From an uncultured Bacillales bacterium (GTDB lineage: Bacteria; Bacillota_I; Bacilli_A; RFN20; CAG-826), in NCBI GenBank assembly GCA_946625285.1, contig CAMOSZ010000007.1:1-50822 (forward strand): DNA of 50,822 nucleotides. Reading direction: 5' to 3'. Numbering within the stretch: position 1 is the stretch's first letter; each line of letters starts with the position of its first letter. The position numbers were made by a program, and so were the translations under genes. The notes below the pieces were generated by a model. That model saw only the letters and a list, made by a program, of their open reading frames with translations, was not told the origin of the DNA and searched no databases. Shown here one piece after another: positions 43,851 to 50,822 of the stretch.

Positions 43851-44537
43851 TTAATCTTTTTTAGGGTGCTTGAAAAAGTCACGGTAAATAACCGCATATA
43901 AAGAAGTAACAAATCCTGCTAATAAGTAGCCAGCAATGATATCGCTTAACCAATGTCTTCCGCTTAAGAATCTAACAAATCCCACTAAAAGGACTAAGAA
44001 TACAATTAAAACAATTGTCAAAATTCTAAGAGGTCTCTTTTCAATTGGAATCATATCGATAGCGGTTAATGTACTACAAATATAGAAAACTGTAGCGACA
44101 AACACGTGAGTGGATGGATAAGATGGTTTTAATTTATCTTCCACCATAGGTGAATAGTTAATTCTTACTACTTCAAAAGCGAAATATAAAATAACTACCG
44201 CAACATATGTTGCAAAAAGAATGTAATATCTTCTATCAACTGCTTTAAAGGATTTGTTTTTGATGATTTGGAAAATTGTAACTCCAGTAAAACCAATAAC
44301 AAATGCGAAAGAGAGATATAAAACAATATCGCTGAGTGTTTTTGCAAAATCAGATTTATTAAGTGATTCTGCCCAATCACGAGCAACACTATTCATTGAA
44401 TAGAAGCCAATATAGTAATTGAGTTCAGAAGTTCCAACTGAAATATATCGAACATCAACGGTCTTAACTAAGACTGTAAAGATAACAAATAATATGAGAA
44501 TCGAGATTGGTGCTAACCAATATAAGTATTTTTTCAT
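43851..44537 (-). CDS. PAP2-family membrane phosphatase
   Basis: PSYPSTH and SGRHWLSDIIAG motifs; multi-TM. Confidence 0.8.
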   Translation of the reverse strand: MKKYLYWLAPISILILFVIFTVLVKTVDVRYISVGTSELNYYIGFYSMNSVARDWAESLNKSDFAKTLSDIVLYLSFAFVIGFTGVTIFQIIKNKSFKAVDRRYYILFATYVAVVILYFAFEVVRINYSPMVEDKLKPSYPSTHVFVATVFYICSTLTAIDMIPIEKRPLRILTIVLIVFLVLLVGFVRFLSGRHWLSDIIAGYLLAGFVTSLYAVIYRDFFKHPKKD

Positions 44538-44544
44538 AAAAGAA

Positions 44545-44600
44545 AACCCTAATATATTTACTCACATAACGCGTTTGTGCGCAAGAGTTATATTAGGGTT
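44545..44600 (-). promoter_or_regulatory. perfect 12-bp inverted repeat AACCCTAATATA / TATATTAGGGTT around a 32-nt structured loop; terminator or translational regulator
   Basis: Arms at 44545..44556 and 44589..44600. On the minus strand the stem is followed by UUCUUUU and then the PAP2 ATG, and the only purine-rich SD-like bases (AGGG) lie inside the stem. Confidence 0.5.
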
Positions 44601-44620
44601 GATTAATTATTTAATCAAAA

Positions 44621-47600
44621 TTAAGGTCTGCATGTATAGCAATCAAGCTTATCAAGCATATTCTTTCCACTTGGGAAGACATAACTATTAATCTTGTTAA
44701 ATGCTGTCTTAATAGAGTTATCCCAATCGGTCTTATTTGGATCGATATCAAGGACTCTAATATCAGCTTTGACTCCGAGATGAATCTTTAAGTCAATGTC
44801 AAGATTGGCGTAAAGTCTAGTTAAATATGTGACTCCACCCACTTCAGAAGCGTAAATACTTGCTTCTAAAGTGTTGAGTTGAGAAATACCAGTAATAGCC
44901 TTTAAGTTAAGACCGATATCCCATCTCTTAGCGGATTCAGAATACTTAAAGCCAGTCGATGTTAATGCATTTGGATAATCGCCTGGTTTCTTCTCTTCAC
45001 CTTGTTGATCAAATCCACCGAGGTCACCAGTGATATAGGACTTCTTAATGTCGAGCATACCATTTAATAAGTAATAGAGTAAGTTATCAGCTTTAATGAA
45101 GTTCTTACTTGTGGAACGATATGTGTGGATTTTGGTATAACCAATCCATGGATCAGTGGTCTTTCTAATTGTGAAGTAACCACCGACATCATTGGTTTTA
45201 TTTGGGTCACCATCTTTATATGTCTCAAATGTTAACTCGCTCTTAATGTCGGTAGTTAATAAACTATCTTGGACAAATACAGAGAAGTTAGGGACATCTT
45301 CGATAACTCCATATACTTTGACATAAGAATTCTTAACAACTATGTGGAACATAATTGGGAATGTATCAATGTTAAGTGAACCAATAGATAAGGAGATATC
45401 TGCTTTTAACTTGTAGTAACCAAGTTTTGTAGTGTTAAGACCAAATTGTAATAAAGTCTTAATAGAGGCTAAAGAGATAAAGTCTTTACTAGTTAAGCTT
45501 GAAGGAATTGGGGATTTCGCGTTTTCGTTAAAGTCTTGTAATGTGAGTTTAAGATTTAACCATTTTCTGCCATCTTCTTTTCCTGCTTCTGGAGAATCGC
45601 CTAAGATTAAGTCTTTGAGTTCAATTGAATCGATAACTTTGTTATCAAGAGAAGCAAAGTTCACTCTTAATTCAATATCACTCTCTAAGGAGAAGATATC
45701 TCCAGCAACAACAATCTTAATCATCTTGCCGTTATCATATTGTTTGATTTCTTTAAGTAAATCGTTAGCGGTAAGTCTTAAGTAATTCTTATCTTCGATT
45801 GCCTTAGCAATTGTGCCAAAACCAAGGAGCTCTAAGATTGGATCAATAAACTTAGAATATCTTTCGTCATCTTTATTATCTTTGATAAATGTTTTAATAA
45901 CATCAACGATATCTAAGACTGATTGAATATCAATTGTGCCTTTGATGTTTTCACTTGCGTTAACATCACCATAGATGAATTTCGCATTATTTTGTGTTCT
46001 ATCTTCGGATTTGTCATCAACATCAAGAGCAATCTTGTGGCTGTACCACACTTGATCAGCGTGATATTTATATTGATCAATTGTTAAGTTACCAAAACCA
46101 AATTTAGTGTTGTAATCAAATTGACCTTGTCCGTTGATATGTAAGCCAAGGTTCTTATAATCACGTAAATCACCAGTTAAGGCAAATCCGGATTGTTTGG
46201 TCTTTAAGATGTTACTTACTTGATCAAACACAGTTGGTAAGAAATCAAGTGAATCATAAGTTGCAGCCTCTTCTTCAGACATAACGACATCTTGATAGGT
46301 ATCATTTGTTAAGTCAAAGTCGATATTAAGACCACCAACTTGAACATCTTTCACGGAAAGGGCTAACACTTTGTGTTCTTCTGGATGATTTGGGTCAAGA
46401 TTCTCATCAAAATAAGAATCATAAGAATCAAGCACTAAATCAACTTTCGCGTCATCTCCTAAACCTAAAGATGAGAGGTTTAATCCAACATAGATTTTTT
46501 CTCCATCATTTTTAAGAGTTTCAAGAACATCTAAGATTCCAGAATAATCTCCTTCTTTGATGCTTGTGATGAGTTCACTATCGGTAATCGCGTTGAATGT
46601 ACTAGTCAAACTAGACATATCGACATCATCACCTAATGATTTGATTTCATTTGGTAATTCATCAAGAATCCAGTTAAAGGTTTCAGTTTCAACTTTAGCC
46701 TTTAAAACAGACTTCTTAACGTTGTTATTATCTTCTTGTTCATTGAATTTGATATAACCACTATTATTGAGATATTTAACATCTAAATTAGAGTATTCAA
46801 CATTGTTTTGACCGATGATTTTAAGATTCATTCCAAGTTTGATACCATTGAGTACCTTTCTTAAGAAAGTCTCTTCTTTTTCATCGTTTTCAGTGTCGTT
46901 TCTTCTAACTCTATTAGAGATTTCATCAAAGTTTGGTTGATCTTCTTGGTTATATGGATCAGGAATTTCCACTGCCCATGAAGATAAATCAATTAATTCA
47001 GAAGCATCTAAGTTGATGTCTCCTTTAATTGAACCGATTTCAGTAACTGCACTCTTAAGGCCAGTGTTTTCATCAACTCTTCCACCATTAGATAAATCTA
47101 AGTTGAAAGATAATGACATCTTTTGATTTTCATCTGCTAATAAGTTAGCAAGTTTTTTAATCCATCCTTTATAACTGACGATTTCAACGTAATTAACGTT
47201 AGCGTCGTAATGCCTATATAAAGGATCGTCTGGTTTATAAACAGTTAATGGCTTAACTTCAAAATCAATTGCACCAGAAATAGTAAAGTTATCAAAAGAG
47301 ATCGTTCCTAAATCCACACGCTTTAAATCATAGTTTTCAGCAGTCACGATTGTGATGTTAATGAAGTTATCTTGTTCTTCAGTAACTGCTGGAGTGGTTT
47401 CTGTAGCAGGAGTCACAACGACTTCCTTTTTCATGTTGATTTCTAAATCAAACTTCCAGTCACCATTAGGCAATTGTTCTTCTTCAGAATTGATTGTTGG
47501 AGCACTACCACCAGTGAATTTACTAAGGATAGAGCTAATGTCCATCTTTCCAACAAATTCATTACAAACGCTTTCAAATTTAGCGATTGGGTCAATTCCT

Positions 47601-48118
47601 AATCCTCCTTCTTCAACGGAAGCAAGGAATAAGTTTTCAATAACTTCTCCTAATTCGTCAAATCCAGTTGAACTGCATTTAAGCCTTAAATCTTTTAATC
47701 CAAAATAAGCAGTTTTATCAGTGTAAGTGACGAGTAATGGTAATTTTCTACCGTTATAGTCAATGTTTGCGTCTAGACTTAAGTCTAAATCAGATAAACT
47801 TCTTATAACTAAGTCTAATTCTGCATCAAGGTTGATGTTATTTGTTCTTGTTGCTTCATCTGATGTTTTAAAACTAATGTTGAAGTTATCAAAATCAGCA
47901 TGAATTCCATTACAACCTTGTTCTGGATATGAAGAGATTCTGTTAACGAATTGTTGGAAGTGTGTTTCTTCAAAGTCATCATCGTTTTGTCTAAAAGATA
48001 AATTAACGGTTCTAACTTTGTTAGGCGTTAAGACATATCCACCTACTAATGTGCCTGCGAAAGCGACAAAGCCAGTTCCGATTTTGGCACATAATTTTCC
48101 AAATTTCTTTTTGTCCAT
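44621..48118 (-). CDS. very large N-terminally membrane-anchored surface protein, unknown function
   Basis: 1165 aa. N-terminal TM (IGTGFVAFAGTLVGGYVL), then an Asp/Asn/Lys-rich extracytoplasmic body. No motif recognised. Confidence 0.8.
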   Translation of the reverse strand: MDKKKFGKLCAKIGTGFVAFAGTLVGGYVLTPNKVRTVNLSFRQNDDDFEETHFQQFVNRISSYPEQGCNGIHADFDNFNISFKTSDEATRTNNINLDAELDLVIRSLSDLDLSLDANIDYNGRKLPLLVTYTDKTAYFGLKDLRLKCSSTGFDELGEVIENLFLASVEEGGLGIDPIAKFESVCNEFVGKMDISSILSKFTGGSAPTINSEEEQLPNGDWKFDLEINMKKEVVVTPATETTPAVTEEQDNFINITIVTAENYDLKRVDLGTISFDNFTISGAIDFEVKPLTVYKPDDPLYRHYDANVNYVEIVSYKGWIKKLANLLADENQKMSLSFNLDLSNGGRVDENTGLKSAVTEIGSIKGDINLDASELIDLSSWAVEIPDPYNQEDQPNFDEISNRVRRNDTENDEKEETFLRKVLNGIKLGMNLKIIGQNNVEYSNLDVKYLNNSGYIKFNEQEDNNNVKKSVLKAKVETETFNWILDELPNEIKSLGDDVDMSSLTSTFNAITDSELITSIKEGDYSGILDVLETLKNDGEKIYVGLNLSSLGLGDDAKVDLVLDSYDSYFDENLDPNHPEEHKVLALSVKDVQVGGLNIDFDLTNDTYQDVVMSEEEAATYDSLDFLPTVFDQVSNILKTKQSGFALTGDLRDYKNLGLHINGQGQFDYNTKFGFGNLTIDQYKYHADQVWYSHKIALDVDDKSEDRTQNNAKFIYGDVNASENIKGTIDIQSVLDIVDVIKTFIKDNKDDERYSKFIDPILELLGFGTIAKAIEDKNYLRLTANDLLKEIKQYDNGKMIKIVVAGDIFSLESDIELRVNFASLDNKVIDSIELKDLILGDSPEAGKEDGRKWLNLKLTLQDFNENAKSPIPSSLTSKDFISLASIKTLLQFGLNTTKLGYYKLKADISLSIGSLNIDTFPIMFHIVVKNSYVKVYGVIEDVPNFSVFVQDSLLTTDIKSELTFETYKDGDPNKTNDVGGYFTIRKTTDPWIGYTKIHTYRSTSKNFIKADNLLYYLLNGMLDIKKSYITGDLGGFDQQGEEKKPGDYPNALTSTGFKYSESAKRWDIGLNLKAITGISQLNTLEASIYASEVGGVTYLTRLYANLDIDLKIHLGVKADIRVLDIDPNKTDWDNSIKTAFNKINSYVFPSGKNMLDKLDCYTCRP

Positions 48119-48119
48119 T

Positions 48120-49004
48120 TTAGTTTTCTCCTTTCAATGAATAATTAAGTGGGATGTTGTATTCAGGGATTTCCATATATTCGTTCGCGTAGTAACTATA
48201 GTTAATCGTGTTATGAATATTGACGGTAATTCCCATTGATGCGGAATATTCCTCATCCACAAGTGCGTGTTTAAGCATCATATTTTTATCGAATGTATAT
48301 ATATGCTTTAAGTACTTGAAGGATGGCAACCTATCAAGGCCAGAAATGTTTTTCATTTGTACCTTATAGTAATAAGTTGCGATATCAGGGTTGAGATTGA
48401 GTGTTACTTCGATCTTGTCACTACTCTTTTTGACTTCAGTTCCATCTGCTAATACTGAATTATTTGAAATTAAGTAGATAAACATCTCATCAAGCGTTTT
48501 TCCAAGATAATTTTTGTAGTCCTCTTTGATGTAGACTTTTCCATTCTCTGGATAATTCGCTACTTCAGCACTAGTTGGTTTGCCAAGATAAAGGGTGATA
48601 TCACCATCTTTCCCATCTTGAATAGCTCTATTAGCAACGCCAACCATGTCGGATTTAGATATTGATTCTTCAAAATATCGATCTCCGTTTTTGATTTGGT
48701 AGTTTCTAATTGTTTGAGCAACAACAGTAGACGCTAATCCGATGCCGATAGAATAAGAATTTTCACAACTTCTATATTTCTCAAGTCCAATAGCAACTAA
48801 TTCAGCAGCTGAATATTTACCATTTGGATTTTGATTATATTGTTGTAAAAGAGCTGCTCCATCAGCGCGGAACTCTTCTGGATTAAAGCCGGTATAGTCA
48901 ATTACTTCTTGCCCGAAGATTGATTTACCGATTACCCCAGTTGTCGTACCTGCTGTACCAGCAATACCTATAATCAATATGTAAGTTAGGACTGATCTAT
49001 TCAT
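48120..49004 (-). CDS. N-terminally membrane-anchored protein, unknown function; co-operonic with the 1165-aa protein
   Basis: 294 aa; TM YILIIGIAGTAGTTTGVIG. Its stop lies 1 nt from the next ATG. Confidence 0.75.
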   Translation of the reverse strand: MNRSVLTYILIIGIAGTAGTTTGVIGKSIFGQEVIDYTGFNPEEFRADGAALLQQYNQNPNGKYSAAELVAIGLEKYRSCENSYSIGIGLASTVVAQTIRNYQIKNGDRYFEESISKSDMVGVANRAIQDGKDGDITLYLGKPTSAEVANYPENGKVYIKEDYKNYLGKTLDEMFIYLISNNSVLADGTEVKKSSDKIEVTLNLNPDIATYYYKVQMKNISGLDRLPSFKYLKHIYTFDKNMMLKHALVDEEYSASMGITVNIHNTINYSYYANEYMEIPEYNIPLNYSLKGEN

Positions 49005-49191
49005 TCATTTCTCCCGGCGGTTATTATATATACATGTAAACACATATGTGCTCTAAAGATTTCAGACAAATTTCGAGAATTGAGAATTTACTCCCAGAAT
49101 TTGAGAGTTTTTGCAAAACATACGCTCTCTTTGGTGGTTTCAAACTCTAATAATGGGTTGATAAATATTTAAAATTAAGTAAAATAAGTGT

Positions 49192-49797
49192 ATGGAAAAT
49201 TTAAATAAAATTATTGGTTCAAACCTCATATTCCTCAGAAAAAAAGCTGGGTTAACCCAACTTGAATTTGGCGAAAAGTTCTCATATTCAGATAAAACTG
49301 TATCTCGCTGGGAACAAGGTGACGTCATTCCAAGCGTTGAAGTCTTAAAAGATATTGCAGATTTTTATGGTGTATCAGTTGACTTTATCTTGAAGGAACA
49401 TAAATCAGAAGAAGACTTTTCTTCCATTGTCAAAAAAACACCATACGCCGCAAATAAGATTCTTCTTATTATTCTTGTGTGCACTATTATCGTTTCGGTA
49501 TGCGTTACGATTTACGTAGCTTCTATTTATAACTTAGGAACAACTAATCCTAACGTTAATCGTTGGTGGTCGGTGTTTTTATGGGCCATACCTGTTTCAA
49601 GCCTTATAGTAGCCTATATGACTAAGAAGATATTTAATTCTTCAAAGATGTTTGTTATATGTATTTCCGTATTTATATGGACAATACTTATAGCAGCCTT
49701 CTTCTCCTTCTTATATAAAGGAATCTACTGGTATTTGTTCTTTATAGGAATCCCGGTTCAGGCAGCCTTAATCATGTACTTCTACATGAAGAAATAA
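49192..49797 (+). CDS. XRE-family HTH regulator with C-terminal transmembrane domain
   Basis: LRKKAGLTQLEFGEKFSYSDKTVSRWEQGDVIPS is a classic HTH_3. Four hydrophobic segments follow. Confidence 0.85.
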   Translation: MENLNKIIGSNLIFLRKKAGLTQLEFGEKFSYSDKTVSRWEQGDVIPSVEVLKDIADFYGVSVDFILKEHKSEEDFSSIVKKTPYAANKILLIILVCTIIVSVCVTIYVASIYNLGTTNPNVNRWWSVFLWAIPVSSLIVAYMTKKIFNSSKMFVICISVFIWTILIAAFFSFLYKGIYWYLFFIGIPVQAALIMYFYMKK

Positions 49798-49826
49798 AAA
49801 AATCCGCTTCATGCGGATTTTGTTTT
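49795..49826. terminator. bidirectional rho-independent terminator
   Basis: AAAAAAA-ATCCGC-TTCAT-GCGGAT-TTTGTTTT between convergent genes. Confidence 0.75.
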
Positions 49827-49838
49827 GCGCTATTTTAA

Positions 49839-50822
49839 TTAGGCGGTTTTAATAAGAGTAACTGTCATTTCATCTTCAGTTACACTATCAAATGTAACTT
49901 CCCAGCCTAACGCCTTTTTGTTATTGAGTCTAGTTCCATTAACGAATTGTTTTCTAAATTGTTTAACTGAGAATGTATCTCCAGTATAGAACAAGCTATC
50001 CTCATCAATAATTGTTGCGGCAGAATATTCTTCATTCACGTCATTTTTAATGAGTTCTAATTCGTTATAGTAAGCATTTCCACCATAAGTGGATGCTGTA
50101 TCACCATTATTGTTATTAGTCGCATGATATAAGAAGTGTGATGATCCAGGATTTTTTGCTTCATTAACAATCGCGTCAATTTCATATGTTCTAGTGTTAA
50201 CGGAAATTAATCTACCATCAACATGCCACACTCTAACACCTGCTCTAGATGGACCTAATGGGCCTCTATTATCATAAAGATGTTCTGAATCAAATTGATT
50301 CAAACCTGTTGGGGTATATAATTCAAGAATTATATATTCATCAAATGGTGAACCGATATAGTTTGGCGAAAGAATAATAATTTCTCCACCTTCTTCAACT
50401 GGTTTAACAGTAATTGAAGTAGTTCTATTAGGAACAAGAGCGTCAACCCAACCTAAAGCTAAACGAGAATATGGGTCATGTCCTCCAACGTTAAGATCTT
50501 GCATAGAAAAGCCGCCTGCTGCGCAGGAAACATGATCATAATCATAATAATCATAAGCACCAAAAACGTGTCCCATTTCATGGATATATGTATGCGTATC
50601 AATATTACAATATCTTGTATCGCCATTTGCGTATTCGCTTAAGCCAGTTCTAGTAACAGCTTTATCAGAAGAATACATAAAGTCATAACTTGCCCAGAAG
50701 AAGACGTTTGGTACTGGGTTTTTCTTTGGAGCAAATGTTTTTCCTAACCAAGATGTATAAGCCCACATATTACTTCTACTATATTTACCAGCTGCTTGAA
50801 AATCAGGAGCCGCATAAATAAG
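49839..50822 (-). CDS. secreted zinc metalloprotease-like protein (HExxH), N-terminus outside the window
   Basis: YIHEMGHVFGAYDYYDY zinc motif. Own translation shows the frame stays open from 50768 to the window edge (LIYAAPDFQAAGKYSRSNMW...). Confidence 0.7.
   Translation of the reverse strand, partial: LIYAAPDFQAAGKYSRSNMWAYTSWLGKTFAPKKNPVPNVFFWASYDFMYSSDKAVTRTGLSEYANGDTRYCNIDTHTYIHEMGHVFGAYDYYDYDHVSCAAGGFSMQDLNVGGHDPYSRLALGWVDALVPNRTTSITVKPVEEGGEIIILSPNYIGSPFDEYIILELYTPTGLNQFDSEHLYDNRGPLGPSRAGVRVWHVDGRLISVNTRTYEIDAIVNEAKNPGSSHFLYHATNNNNGDTASTYGGNAYYNELELIKNDVNEEYSAATIIDEDSLFYTGDTFSVKQFRKQFVNGTRLNNKKALGWEVTFDSVTEDEMTVTLIKTA

Noticed and set aside
49140-49328. 62-aa minus-strand ORF overlapping the start of the XRE gene
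   Set aside because: Antisense to a clear HTH_3 coding sequence, with no SD.
1-50822. Possibility of Mollicutes genetic code 4 (TGA = Trp)
   Set aside because: TGA terminates several genes exactly at coupled junctions (for example 289..291, 1013..1015, 6154..6156, 22378..22380), and conserved Trp positions use TGG. The standard code fits.
1-50822. CRISPR arrays, rRNA genes, IS elements/transposases, integrases
   Set aside because: No regularly spaced direct repeats with unique spacers, no rRNA-like conserved stretches, and no DDE, tyrosine- or serine-recombinase-like ORFs were seen on either strand.

Overview
AT-rich bacterial chromosome using the standard genetic code: TGA serves as a stop at several coupled gene junctions and Trp is TGG. 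The gene content looks like a Mollicutes/Erysipelotrichia-like Bacillota, but that placement is inference. The window has three blocks. (1) 1 to ~23.5 kb is the right part of an HK97-type siphovirus prophage, entirely on the minus strand. It holds head-tail joining genes, capsid, prohead protease, portal, TerL, P27-type TerS and HNH, then a PolA / prim-pol-VirE / SNF2 / VRR-NUC / DUF2800 / DUF2815 replication module, a ParB-methyltransferase and two sigma-r4-like regulators. Embedded in it are unusual cargo genes: a 264-aa MetK-like SAM synthetase, metI-metQ without metN, and a BspA-type LRR protein between terS and terL. By eye this block is more GC-rich than the rest of the window. (2) ~23.7 to 33.6 kb is an AT-rich island with no recombinase, ending at tRNA-Thr(GGU). 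It holds two translationally coupled paralogous orphan proteins (561 and 601 aa) with no recognisable enzymatic family, a Sau3AI-like endonuclease with a C5 methyltransferase, and a tightly coupled three-gene operon. That operon encodes an Mrr-cat nuclease fused to a DGQHR (DndB/ParB-like) domain, a Dam-family methyltransferase and a 150-aa protein. The orphan pair and the DGQHR operon are the best candidates for an undescribed defence system. (3) 34 to 50.8 kb holds host genes: a domain-permuted GH3, rimO, a fused MacB-like ABC transporter, a PAP2 / processive GT2 / acyltransferase cluster, two large membrane-anchored proteins, a membrane XRE regulator and a partial HExxH protease. Non-coding structures include an 8-mer iteron cluster (candidate phage ori), a duplicated 33-nt phage motif, several palindromic operators and a candidate cos site. 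All family calls come from motif recognition by eye; no searches were run.
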